DNA from: Candidatus Marinacidobacterium sp.
Lineage (GTDB): Bacteria > Acidobacteriota > Vicinamibacteria > Marinacidobacterales > Marinacidobacteraceae
DNA length: 64,000 bases
Assembly (NCBI GenBank): GCA_965220965.1
Contig: OZ244852.1
Span: 928,001 to 992,000 of the forward strand
Reading direction: 5' to 3'
Shown: positions 1 to 9,280 of the stretch, piece after piece
How the letters are laid out: every line of letters starts with the position of its first letter
Position numbering within the stretch: the stretch's first letter is position 1
Position numbers and translations under genes: made by a program
The notes under the pieces: model-generated
Database searches by the model: none
What the model was told of the DNA's origin: nothing
Seen by the model: only the letters and a program-made list of their open reading frames with translations

Positions 1-1
1 G

Positions 2-1870
2 TCATCGGGACTCCACCTGGAAGGTCACCTGCTGGAAGCCGCTCACCGCGGCGTCGAAGTCGAGGTGGCCCTCCCAGAGCACCGAACTCGCGACCGGGCG
101 CGCGATGCCGCCGGAGGTGTCGCGGGACATCACCGACCGGACGCTCGGCGGCAGCGACGGCAGGTACTCCCCCGCCACCACCGCGGCCGAGCCGCCGCCG
201 CCCACGAGCCGGACATAGAGGCGGCTCTGCTGGCGGCGGCGACCGATCGCGCGGTAGATCTGCTCGAGGCGCGAGGGCGTGCGGTTCACTCCCATGCGCT
301 GATCCTGAAGCGACGCGCCGAGCGCGTCGGCCACCACGAGCTGCAGTCGCCGCCCGGCGGCGTTCGCCGGGATCGGCGCCTCGATCTCGCGCACCCGCTC
401 CGAACCGCGATAGTCGCGCGTCGCGACGCGGAGCGTGGCGGTCTCCCCGGCGCGGACGCGCGACGACTGGAGCCAGGCGCGGGTTAGCGTCGCGGTGCGG
501 GCGCGTTCGCTGGCGGTGACCTCGACTTCGATGCTCCGGACCGGAACGCGCTCCACCGGATTCGAGAGAAGCAGCGCCAGCGGGGCGGCGACCAGGGCGG
601 CCGCCGAAAGCGCGACGCCGCCGGTTCCGGACGCGAAGACATCGCCCACCGGCAACGTGCGGCCCTCGGGGATCCCGATCCGGGCGCGGAGGTCGAGCGT
701 TTGCGCTCCCGCCGGCCGCTCCTCCTGGGACAGGATGGAGATGAGTCCGGAGTAGGCGAGCAGCGGGGTGTAGAGCTCGTGGTCCACGAGCTCGAGGTCG
801 TAGCGGCGCCGACCGCCCCGGCTGCCGGTCACCTCGACCGAGAGCGGGATCGTCCGCGCCCGGAGTCCGAGTCGACCCCGGATCCCGGTTTCGCGGTCCT
901 GTCGCCAGACGCCGATGGCGGGTCCGGCGCTCGTCATCCGGAAGGAGTTGGAAAGCGACGCCACCGACGCCTCCACCCGCGCCGCCTGCATCGGGATCGA
1001 CATCGTTCCGAGGCCGGTGAACGGGTGCCCGAAAGCGAAGACCTCGCCGGTGAGCTCGTCCACGTGGGTGACGGTGCCGCCCGCCATCAGCACGAGGTCG
1101 CCCCCGATGAGGGTGGCCCCGACCGGACTCCCCGGAGCCAGAGGCTGGCTCCCCTCTTCCGCGAGCGCGGAGGAGGGGCCCTGGGGGAAGGGGAGGCTGG
1201 TGTTCCCGAGCTGCATGCCGAGCTGGCGGAACAGCGGGGCGAGGGTGGCGTGGGCTTCGGGGCTCAGGCCGCTCGCGGCGACCGGAGTGAGGATCGGAAC
1301 GAGCTGGCTGGAGGCGGCGGCGAGGTCGGGTGGCGCGGCGTCGGCGAGCGTCCCCGGCGGGGCCGGATCGAATGAGGGCGCCCCGCGTTCGTCGAAGTGG
1401 AGCCGCGGCGTTGACGCGACCCCCACCAGGCCGCCAGAACCCGCCGGCGTCCCGGCGCTGCCGAGCGGTTCTTCGGTGAACCGGACCATCTCCTCGAACG
1501 GCGTGATTCCGGCGATCGCGTCCTTGGCGAAGGGGAAGGCGTAGGCGACCGCGCCGAGGAGGCGGCCGTCGACGTACACCGGGCTGCCGCTCATTCCCTG
1601 CATGACGCCGGTGTGGGCGAGGGGGCCTCCGGACAGGCTCGCCAGGATGATGCTGCGGCCCGCCATCGCGCCCTCGAGCACGCCGAGGATCTCGACCTCG
1701 AAGGTCTCGATCGTCTCGCCGTGGAAGGCGGTGCGGCCCTCGCCGACCATGCCCGGCTCGACATCGTCGACGCTCAGGAAATCGGTCTGGCCGGCGGCGG
1801 GCGCGGCCAGGGCCAGGAGGGCGCAAAGGAGCCAGCTCCGGAGGGCGCCGGGCGGCGGGGTCGGTCGCAA
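2..1870 (-). CDS. SpoIVB peptidase S55 domain protein (secreted serine protease-like)
   Basis: Signal peptide; GETIETFEVEILGVL and GVMQGMSGSPVYVDGRLLGAVAY typical of S55; stop TGA at 2-4. Confidence 0.85.
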   Translation of the reverse strand: MRPTPPPGALRSWLLCALLALAAPAAGQTDFLSVDDVEPGMVGEGRTAFHGETIETFEVEILGVLEGAMAGRSIILASLSGGPLAHTGVMQGMSGSPVYVDGRLLGAVAYAFPFAKDAIAGITPFEEMVRFTEEPLGSAGTPAGSGGLVGVASTPRLHFDERGAPSFDPAPPGTLADAAPPDLAAASSQLVPILTPVAASGLSPEAHATLAPLFRQLGMQLGNTSLPFPQGPSSALAEEGSQPLAPGSPVGATLIGGDLVLMAGGTVTHVDELTGEVFAFGHPFTGLGTMSIPMQAARVEASVASLSNSFRMTSAGPAIGVWRQDRETGIRGRLGLRARTIPLSVEVTGSRGGRRRYDLELVDHELYTPLLAYSGLISILSQEERPAGAQTLDLRARIGIPEGRTLPVGDVFASGTGGVALSAAALVAAPLALLLSNPVERVPVRSIEVEVTASERARTATLTRAWLQSSRVRAGETATLRVATRDYRGSERVREIEAPIPANAAGRRLQLVVADALGASLQDQRMGVNRTPSRLEQIYRAIGRRRQQSRLYVRLVGGGGSAAVVAGEYLPSLPPSVRSVMSRDTSGGIARPVASSVLWEGHLDFDAAVSGFQQVTFQVESR

Positions 1871-1997
1871 GATCGGTTCGGGAGGCCCGGCGAATGCTAC
1901 CCCCCTGGGGGCCTGCTACCGGAACAGGGGCGCGTCGGGAGCGCGCGCCGGGTCGGGGCGGGGTCGGACCGGTCGCGCGAACTTAGACTCCGCGGCG

Positions 1998-3050
1998 ATG
2001 GAACCCGAGACCGGCGGACGCTATTCCCGGCAGACCCTGTTCGCCGGGATCGGCGAAGACGGACAGGCGCGTATCGGGGCGGCGCGGGTCCTCGTGGTGG
2101 GGGCGGGAGCGCTCGGGTCGGTGTCGCTCGACATGCTGGTGCGGGCCGGTGTCGGAACGGTGCGGTTCGTGGATCGCGACACGGTGGAGCTCTCGAACCT
2201 GCAGCGGCAGACGCTCTACGGGGAAGAGGACGCCGCAGAGGGGGCCCCCAAGGTGGAGAGCGCGCGGCGGCGCCTGGCGGCGGTGAACCGCGAGGTCGCG
2301 CTCGAACCGCTGGCGCTCGACTTCCACGCGGGGAACGCCGCCGAGGTGACCGAGGGCGTGGATCTGATCCTCGACGCCACGGACAACTTCGAGACCCGCT
2401 ACCTGATCAACGACGCCGCGCTCTGGCGCGGCGTCCCGTGGGTCTACGCCGCGGTGGTGGGGAGCTACGGGATGACCTTCACCGTGTCGCCCGGCCGGAC
2501 CGGGTGCCTGCGGTGCGTGATTCCCGACCTGCCCCCGCCGGGATCCTCTCCGACCTGCGACACCGCCGGAGTCATCGCGCCGGCGGTGGCGGTGGTGGCG
2601 GGATACGCGGTTGCCGAGGCGCTGAAGGTGCTCTCGGGCCGGATCGAGGATGTCGCCGCCGGGATCTGGCACCTCGACGTGTGGGAGCGCAGCGCCTACC
2701 GGATGGAGATCGGAGGCCCGGACCCGGATTGCCCGGCCTGCGGCCGCCGCGAGTTCCCTTTTCTGCGCGGGGACTCCGGGGGGGACACGGTGACGCTTTG
2801 TGGGCGGAACGCGGTCCAGGTGCGCCCGACGCCCCCCCCGGATCGCGGCGGGCGCTTCCTCGAGGATCTCTCACTCCGGCTGCGGAATCTCCCCGGAATC
2901 GGGGTTTCCGTCCGCAGCTCTCCTTATCTTCTGCAGTTCGAGGCCGATGGCCGTCGTCTCGTGGTGTTTCCTGACGGGCGCACGATCGTCCACGGCAGCG
3001 GCGATGCGGCCGAGGCCCGCACCCTCGTGTCCCGCTACATCGGGAACTGA
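1998..3050 (+). CDS. ThiF/MoeB family adenylyltransferase
   Basis: RYSRQ, GAGALGS, DRDTVELSNLQRQ, DATDNF, CLRC and CPAC zinc motifs; ATG at 1998 follows TAGACT hexamer. Confidence 0.9.
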   Translation: MEPETGGRYSRQTLFAGIGEDGQARIGAARVLVVGAGALGSVSLDMLVRAGVGTVRFVDRDTVELSNLQRQTLYGEEDAAEGAPKVESARRRLAAVNREVALEPLALDFHAGNAAEVTEGVDLILDATDNFETRYLINDAALWRGVPWVYAAVVGSYGMTFTVSPGRTGCLRCVIPDLPPPGSSPTCDTAGVIAPAVAVVAGYAVAEALKVLSGRIEDVAAGIWHLDVWERSAYRMEIGGPDPDCPACGRREFPFLRGDSGGDTVTLCGRNAVQVRPTPPPDRGGRFLEDLSLRLRNLPGIGVSVRSSPYLLQFEADGRRLVVFPDGRTIVHGSGDAAEARTLVSRYIGN

Positions 3051-3058
3051 ACGAAACC

Positions 3059-5008
3059 GTGGCGAGCCAGCCCGCGCCGGACACCGATCCGCTGCTCCGC
3101 GCCCCCGCCGGCGCCGGGATCCTCACCGGCGGCGATGCGCGCCGCCGTCGCCTGGTGGAGGCGAAGGCGGCTGCGGTGTTCGGCGAGTGGGGCTACGAGG
3201 AGGTCCTCCTCCCCCTGTTCGACCACGCCGAGGTCTTCGCCCGGGGCGGCGGTCGGTGGTCGGAACGCTCCAGCTACCGGTTCACCGAGGGCGGAGACCT
3301 GCTGGCGCTCCGGGCCGACTTCACGACGCTCGTCGCGCGGGCCGCCGCCACCCGGCTTCCGGACGATGTCGCGCGGCTGTTCTACCGCGGAGAGCTGGTC
3401 CGGCGCCCGGCCCCCGGTTTCGGGCCGTCGCTGCTCCGCGAAGTCGGGCTCGAGCGCTTCGCCGGTGGCGTTCCCGCCGATGTCGAGGTCCTGCTGGTGG
3501 CGTTCCGGGCGCTCGAGGAGATGGGCGTTCGTGGAGCGCTCTTCACGCTCGGACACGCCGGCTTCCCGCTCGGGCTGCTGGACGCGGCGCTGGAATCCGA
3601 CGGAAGCGGCGGCGGGACGCGGCGGGCCGAGGCGCTCCGGGGGCTGTGGCGCCGGGACCGGGGCAGGATCCGGCGCGCCCTGGGAGACGGCGCCGCGCCG
3701 CTCGCCGGGGCGCTGGATTTCGTGGGGGGAGTCGAGGTTCTGGACGCCGCCGGGCGACGGTCCTTGCCGGATCGGGCGCGGAAGGCCCTCGAAAGGCTGC
3801 AGGCGATCGCCGCCGCGCTGGGCGATCTGGGGCTCGGCGACCGGTTTCGCTTCGACCTGGCGGAACTCCGCGGGTTCGACTACTACACCGGTCTCATCTT
3901 CGAGATCCACGCCGAGGGCGCCGGGCGGGAAATCGGGGGAGGCGGTCGGTACGACGACCTGCTGGCGCGCTTCGGAGACGCCCGGCCGGCTGTCGGGTTC
4001 TCGCTCTCGGTGGATCGGATCGCCGGGATCCTTCCGGATCCCGCCCCATCGGTCGCCGTCCCCGGGACAACGGGAGCCCCCCGGGAGACTCTGGAGGGAG
4101 TCGCCGGGCGCTTCCGCGCCGGGCGCGTGGCGGTCCGGAGCGCCGGCGCCGCGGCCAACGTCAACGGCCGCATCCTTCCGGCGGACGCTCCGGTCGTCAG
4201 CGCGCTCGACCACGGGTTCTTCCACGGCCTCGCGGTCTACGAGAACCTCCGGACCTACGACGGAGTCCCCCTCCTGTTCGACGATCACCTCGAACGGCTC
4301 CGCGGGTCCGCGGCCGTGTTCGGCATTCCGGTGGCGCCGTCGAACCGGGAGATCACCGACCGGCTCCACGCCACGCGGCGCGCCGCCGGCGGGGAAGGGG
4401 ACTCCTCGCTGAGGATCACGCTCACCGCCGGGCCCGACGGGGGCGAGCCGTCGCTCGTGATCCTGGTGCGGCCGCTGCCGCCGCTCCCGGTGGACCCGGA
4501 GCGCGAAGGGGTTGGCGTTCTTCTCACCGAGCGGGTCCGGGCCGTTCCCGGGGGGTTGCCACCCGAGGTCAAGACCACGAACCTGGCGGGAGCATGGCTC
4601 GCCGTACGGGACGCGCGCGCGGTGGGAGCGCACGAAGCGCTCGTCCGCAACGCCGCGGGCGAGATCACCGAGGGCGCCACCTCGAACGTGTTCTGGGTCC
4701 GTGACGGGACCGTGGTCACAGCGCCGCTGGCTGGCGGGCTGCTTCCCGGAATCACCCGCGCGCTCCTCTTCGAGGCGCTCGACGAAGCCGGGATTCCGCG
4801 GCGCGAGGAGCGCATGCCGATGGGCCGGTTCGTCGAGGCGGACGAAGCGTTCCTGACGAGTTCCTCGAGAGAGGTGCTTCCGATCACCTGGGTCGTCGAC
4901 CTCGAGGGGCGTCGCAGCGATATCGGCAGTGGAAGCCCGGGTCCGGTGACGGGTGCGGCGCTGGCCGCCTACCGCAAGGTGGCGGCGCGCCGGATCGAGC
5001 GCGGCTGA
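3059..5008 (+). CDS. hisZ: ATP phosphoribosyltransferase regulatory subunit HisZ fused to a class IV PLP aminotransferase (PabC/IlvE/Dat-like)
   Basis: N-half has LRADFT, RLFYRG, EVGLE, FDYYTGLIFE, GGGGRYDDLL; C-half has ALDHGFFHGLAVYENLR, HLERL, VKTTN, EGATSNVFWV, LLPGITR; one uninterrupted ORF. Confidence 0.85.
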   Translation: MASQPAPDTDPLLRAPAGAGILTGGDARRRRLVEAKAAAVFGEWGYEEVLLPLFDHAEVFARGGGRWSERSSYRFTEGGDLLALRADFTTLVARAAATRLPDDVARLFYRGELVRRPAPGFGPSLLREVGLERFAGGVPADVEVLLVAFRALEEMGVRGALFTLGHAGFPLGLLDAALESDGSGGGTRRAEALRGLWRRDRGRIRRALGDGAAPLAGALDFVGGVEVLDAAGRRSLPDRARKALERLQAIAAALGDLGLGDRFRFDLAELRGFDYYTGLIFEIHAEGAGREIGGGGRYDDLLARFGDARPAVGFSLSVDRIAGILPDPAPSVAVPGTTGAPRETLEGVAGRFRAGRVAVRSAGAAANVNGRILPADAPVVSALDHGFFHGLAVYENLRTYDGVPLLFDDHLERLRGSAAVFGIPVAPSNREITDRLHATRRAAGGEGDSSLRITLTAGPDGGEPSLVILVRPLPPLPVDPEREGVGVLLTERVRAVPGGLPPEVKTTNLAGAWLAVRDARAVGAHEALVRNAAGEITEGATSNVFWVRDGTVVTAPLAGGLLPGITRALLFEALDEAGIPRREERMPMGRFVEADEAFLTSSSREVLPITWVVDLEGRRSDIGSGSPGPVTGAALAAYRKVAARRIERG

Positions 5009-5059
5009 TCCGCCGGATCCGGGGCGGGAAACCGGCCTCGGTGTGGTACGTTCGGCCCG

Positions 5060-7363
5060 ATGCACGCGGCTTGGCCCTTCGTGCGCCGCGCGGGTCGGGC
5101 CGTTTCCGAGGGAGCCCGAAGGCGACCCCTCGCTTGCGTCGCGTTGCTGGCGGTCCTGTTTCCCTCCGGGCTCCTCGCCGCCCAGCCCCCGGTGGATTTC
5201 GAGACCGCGCGGCTGGATCGTCGTCTGATCGCGACGCGCGCCGCGGGCCAGGTCGTCCTCGACGGGGTCGTGGACGACGCCGAGTGGGCGGAAGCCCCGG
5301 TCGCGCGGTCGTTCACCCAGGGAAACCCGTTCGAGGGGATGCCTTCGACCTTCGAGACCGAGGTGCGCGTGCTCTATGACGACGAGTTCCTCTACATCGG
5401 GGCCAAGGCGTTCGACGACGATCCGGGCGCGTTCATCGTGAACGACCTGTCGCGCGATTTCTCGACCCGCACCGGAGACATTTTCGGCGTCGTCGTTGAC
5501 ACCTTCCACGACCGGCGGAACGGCTACATGTTCGAGACGAACCAGGAGGGCGCGAAGTTCGACGGCCAGCTCTTCAACGACGGGCGCGAGTTCAACCGCG
5601 ACTGGGACGGCGTCTGGTTCGTCGAAACCCGGACGACCGCGGAAGGGTGGGAGATCGAGATGGCGATTCCCTTCCGGACGCTCCGGTTCCGGGAGAGTCC
5701 GGAGCAGGTCTGGGGGATCAACTTTCTCCGCCGGGTCCGCCGCCTGAACGAGGACTCGTTCTGGGCGCCGATTCCGCGGTTCTTCAACTTCGCCCGCATC
5801 TCCTACGCCGGGACGCTCGAGGGGCTTACCGGACTCCGTTCCGGAGGTCGGGTCAAGGTCACGCCGTATGTTTCGGCGGACGCCCGGACGGGTGCAGGCG
5901 AGGACGATGGCGTCCTCGGCGGCTTCACCGGCGGCGTGGACGCCAAGGTGCTCGTCGGGACCGGCCTGAACCTGGATCTCACCGCGAACACCGACTTCTC
6001 GCAGGTGGAGGCCGATGTCCAGCAGGTCAACCTGACCCGGTTCAACCTGTTCTTTCCGGAGAAGCGGGATTTCTTCATCGAGAACTCGGGCATCTTCCGG
6101 TTCGGCGCGCCCTCGGACTCGCGCCTGGGCCAGTTCCGGGCGGATTTCGGCCAGGCCTTCAACCCGTCGGTGATGCGCGCCACCCAGAGCCGGGGAGAGG
6201 ATCTCTATCTGTTCTTCAGTCGGCGGATCGGCCTCTCGGAGGACGGGGTTCCGATCCCGGTCCTCGGGGGCGGGCGGCTCACCGGACGGGCGGGCGCCTA
6301 CGAGCTGGGGGTGATGAGCCTTCAGACCGGCGAACACGAAGCGACGCCCGGCGAGAACTTCTCCGCCGTGCGGGTGCGGCGGAACGTCGGCGCCAACTCG
6401 GATGTGGGAGCGATCTTCCTGAACCGGGAGTCGGGTTCCGGCAGCGACCACTTCAACCGCTCGATGGGCGCCGACGCGAACTTCCGGATCACCCCCGAGC
6501 TGGAGGTGAACTCCTACTGGGCGCGGACCATGAGCCCCGGCCGCACCGGGGACCAGAACGCCGGGCGTCTGTCAGCGAACTACAACGGGCGGCTCTGGCA
6601 GCTCGAGGCCGGATGGTCCCGGCTTGGCGAGGACTTCAATCCGGAGATGGGTTTCGCACCGCGTCTGGGTGTCCGTCGGCTCGTTGCGTATGTCGGGTAC
6701 CACTACCGGCCGGAGTGGTGGAGCGACTTTCTGCGCGAGTTCAATCCCCACTTCGAGTTCAACGATTACGTGGATGCGCAGGGAAACCTGGTCAGCCGCT
6801 ATACGAACGCCCACTTCGCCTTCCGTCATCAAAGCGGGGCCTTTCTGGAGTTCGGTTACAACCACAGCATCGAAAACACCAGCGCCGCCTTCGACCTCCA
6901 TCCGTCGACCCGGATTCTTGCTGGGGAGTACCGCCACGAGGAAGGGTTCGTCATGTTCTTCTCGGACCCGAGCCGGCCGGTTTCGCTGAATGGCCGCTAT
7001 GACTGGGGACCGTTGTACGGAGGGGATCGCCGGGCGCTGAACCTGAGCACGATCATCCGCATCGCGCCGCGGTTCACGACCTATGCGGCATGGACCCGCA
7101 ACGACATCGACCTTCCCGGCGGCGCGTTCGTCGCCGACCTGCTTACGGTTCGGGTCACCCATACCTTCAGCACGAGGATGTTCCTGGGGGCGCTGATTCA
7201 GTACAACAGCATCACCGAGGAGTGGGATACGAACATCCGGTTCAACCTGATCCACCGGCCGCTCTCCGACTTCTTCATCGTGCTGAATGACCGCCGCCAC
7301 GTTCTCGGCGGCCCGAACGACAGGGCGTTAATCGCCAAGTTCACGACCCTGCTGGACTTTTAG
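5060..7363 (+). CDS. CBM9-like plus DUF5916 outer-membrane protein
   Basis: LDGVVDDAEW, TEVRVLYDDEFLYIG, EMAIPFRTLRF, NTDFSQVEAD, NLTRFNLFFPEKRDFF; terminal Phe. Confidence 0.85.
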   Translation: MHAAWPFVRRAGRAVSEGARRRPLACVALLAVLFPSGLLAAQPPVDFETARLDRRLIATRAAGQVVLDGVVDDAEWAEAPVARSFTQGNPFEGMPSTFETEVRVLYDDEFLYIGAKAFDDDPGAFIVNDLSRDFSTRTGDIFGVVVDTFHDRRNGYMFETNQEGAKFDGQLFNDGREFNRDWDGVWFVETRTTAEGWEIEMAIPFRTLRFRESPEQVWGINFLRRVRRLNEDSFWAPIPRFFNFARISYAGTLEGLTGLRSGGRVKVTPYVSADARTGAGEDDGVLGGFTGGVDAKVLVGTGLNLDLTANTDFSQVEADVQQVNLTRFNLFFPEKRDFFIENSGIFRFGAPSDSRLGQFRADFGQAFNPSVMRATQSRGEDLYLFFSRRIGLSEDGVPIPVLGGGRLTGRAGAYELGVMSLQTGEHEATPGENFSAVRVRRNVGANSDVGAIFLNRESGSGSDHFNRSMGADANFRITPELEVNSYWARTMSPGRTGDQNAGRLSANYNGRLWQLEAGWSRLGEDFNPEMGFAPRLGVRRLVAYVGYHYRPEWWSDFLREFNPHFEFNDYVDAQGNLVSRYTNAHFAFRHQSGAFLEFGYNHSIENTSAAFDLHPSTRILAGEYRHEEGFVMFFSDPSRPVSLNGRYDWGPLYGGDRRALNLSTIIRIAPRFTTYAAWTRNDIDLPGGAFVADLLTVRVTHTFSTRMFLGALIQYNSITEEWDTNIRFNLIHRPLSDFFIVLNDRRHVLGGPNDRALIAKFTTLLDF

Positions 7364-7398
7364 CTGACCCCCGTGCACAACGGGGAAGGAGAAACACA

Positions 7399-7803
7399 AT
7401 GCAGACCATGCTGTCCCAGCACAAGGACACGGCCTATGCGCTTCTGCGCATCGTCGCCGGGTTCCTCTTCCTTTGCCACGGCGCGCAGAAGATTTTCGGC
7501 GTTATGGGCGGAACACAGCGCGAGCTGTTCAGCCTCATGGGGCTGGCGGGAATCATCGAGCTCGTCGGCGGACTCCTGATCATGGTCGGGTTCATGACCG
7601 GGATCGCAGCGTTTATCTCGAGCGGCCAGATGGCCGTGGCCTACTTCATGGCGCACCAGTTCCGCGCCGGCGAAGACGGGATGATGCTTGGCTGGTGGCC
7701 GATCGAGAACCGGGGCGAACTGGCGGTGCTCTACTGCTTCCTGTTCCTGTTTGTCGCCATGAAGGGCGCCGGACAGTGGAGCGTGGACAACCGCGGATCC
7801 TGA
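7399..7803 (+). CDS. DoxX family membrane protein
   Basis: LLRIVAGFLFLCHGAQK, MAVAYFMAH, NRGELAVLYCF, GAGQWSVD; AAGGAG Shine-Dalgarno upstream. Confidence 0.9.
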   Translation: MQTMLSQHKDTAYALLRIVAGFLFLCHGAQKIFGVMGGTQRELFSLMGLAGIIELVGGLLIMVGFMTGIAAFISSGQMAVAYFMAHQFRAGEDGMMLGWWPIENRGELAVLYCFLFLFVAMKGAGQWSVDNRGS

Positions 7804-7823
7804 CGGATCGGTCGTTCTGATGG

Positions 7824-7849
7824 ACCGGGCGCGTCTCAGCGCGCCCGGT
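7824..7849. terminator. GC-rich hairpin after DoxX (possible terminator, no U-tract)
   Basis: Perfect 10-bp stem ACCGGGCGCG/CGCGCCCGGT with 6-nt loop. Confidence 0.45.
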
Positions 7850-7850
7850 T

Positions 7851-8058
7851 CCTCCGGGGGAGGCGGCGGTAGCTCTCCCCGGCGCCCTGTGCGGGTCGCG
7901 GGGCTAATGCCGCCACAGGAGCTCCGCGGCTACCGACTTCAGGGGAGGAGGTCAGTCCTCCCGGTGGGAGCCCGGGAGGGGAAACGCCCTCCCACAACGT
8001 GTGACTCTGAATCGGAACCTGGCGAAGCAAGTTCCGATTCGCTGGCCCGAAGGCTAGC
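7851..8058. other. Multi-hairpin structured intergenic element (candidate ncRNA or mobile-element remnant)
   Basis: Long interrupted hairpin 7851-7951, alternative hairpins 7957-7979 and 7974-7993, hairpins 8009-8040 and 8041-8058. Confidence 0.35.
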
Positions 8059-8071
8059 TACCGGCGCCCGG

Positions 8072-8488
8072 CTATCGGCGACGACGGCGGCGGGGGATGA
8101 CGTCGATCTGGTCCGAATCGGTGGCCCGGATGAAGAGCGTCTCTCCCTCCTGGCTGAGCTCGCCCCGCACCCGCAGGTTGCGGCCCTGGGCGTAGCGCTT
8201 CTCCGGATCGGCGCCCCAATTCCCGATGTGCTCGTTGGCGATGACGACCTGAAAGCCGGTGGCGGTGTCGGCGTCGAGGAAGATCTGGATCCCGGCGCGC
8301 GACTTGCTGATCCGGTAGACCCGGGACTCCACGACGATGTCCTGACCCACATGGTCCTCGGTGAGGTCGGCGGGACGAAGCGCCGCCTCCTCCTCCGCGT
8401 CCTGCGCCAGGGCGGAGGGAGCGACGAACGCCGCGACCGCGAAAGCGAACAGGGCGAGGCGAACGCCCCGGAAACGATGGGCCTGCAT
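8072..8488 (-). CDS. Secreted hypothetical protein with probable OB-fold
   Basis: Signal peptide ending ALA; HVGQDIVVESRV...GRNLRVRGEL pattern resembles an OB-fold; GGAGG SD; poly-Arg tail. Confidence 0.6.
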   Translation of the reverse strand: MQAHRFRGVRLALFAFAVAAFVAPSALAQDAEEEAALRPADLTEDHVGQDIVVESRVYRISKSRAGIQIFLDADTATGFQVVIANEHIGNWGADPEKRYAQGRNLRVRGELSQEGETLFIRATDSDQIDVIPRRRRRR

Positions 8489-8616
8489 CAGGTTTGCCTC
8501 CCGACGGGCCCGACCTCGAGGGCGGAGTTGCCCCGGAGCCGCCGGGCCCCGATCTCCACCGCCTGTTGTAACAAAGCCCGCTTCCCCGAGTCAAAAGGGG
8601 GGGCGGGGGAGCGAGT

Positions 8617-9165
8617 TCAGCTTCCGGGGGTCGAGCCTCCGAACAGGCGGAGCACCGCGAAGCACCGGTCGATCCAGCCCTCGTACTGCGCAGCCTGGGA
8701 GGGGGTCTCGTTTCCTGACGCCGCCCAGGCGGATTCGCCTCCGGTCTGGAGCAGCCGCCACGACCGATGGTGGACATCGCAACTGTCCACCAGCGCCTGC
8801 GAATCGAGGCCCTCGAGCATCTCCCGGACCCCGGCGAGGCCGTCCGCGGTCGAATCGCCCTGGACCATCGCGACCGAGACGAAGACCGTCAGGACCTCCA
8901 TGCAGGCGGCGTAGGCGCTGGCCGCGGTGGAGGACGCCAGCTCGTTGCGGAGCTGGATCGGGAGCTGCCGCACACCGAAATCGGCCTGCTCCCGGCAGTG
9001 CAGTTCCACCGGCATGGTCCCGCCGGGAAGCGCCATGAGCTCGGCCTGCGCCTGCTCCGGCGTGATGCCGGCGCCACCGCTGGCGCATCCGGCGCCCAGT
9101 CCGAGGAGCAGCGCCCCCGCGGCGCGCCCCATGCGGCGGGTGATCGTCCACAGTGTCCGGCCCAT
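8617..9165 (-). CDS. Hypothetical lipoprotein
   Basis: LLLGLGAGC lipobox-like signal; globular composition; fills the gap divergent from hisG. Confidence 0.55.
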   Translation of the reverse strand: MGRTLWTITRRMGRAAGALLLGLGAGCASGGAGITPEQAQAELMALPGGTMPVELHCREQADFGVRQLPIQLRNELASSTAASAYAACMEVLTVFVSVAMVQGDSTADGLAGVREMLEGLDSQALVDSCDVHHRSWRLLQTGGESAWAASGNETPSQAAQYEGWIDRCFAVLRLFGGSTPGS

Positions 9166-9280
9166 CGGCAGAGTGTCCTTCCGTTGAGAGTGGCAAGCAA
9201 GCGCCGCACCACGGACCCGCGCCAGTCCGCGCCGCTTCGAGCGGTGTGTCGGTGGCGACGCTTCTAGACTTCGGCGCGCC

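Noticed and set aside
3035-6451. 1138-aa minus-strand ORF
   Set aside because: Antisense shadow of hisZ and the DUF5916 gene caused by high-GC codon bias; no motifs
7824-8058. SRP RNA, RNase P RNA, tmRNA or group II intron
   Set aside because: Signature motifs not found on either strand (SRP GGAA-loop helix, GAGGAAAGUCC, tRNA-like ends, domain V)
9166-9280. His leader peptide or attenuator upstream of hisG
   Set aside because: No His-codon run or terminator; the -10-like hexamer lies only 10 nt from the ATG
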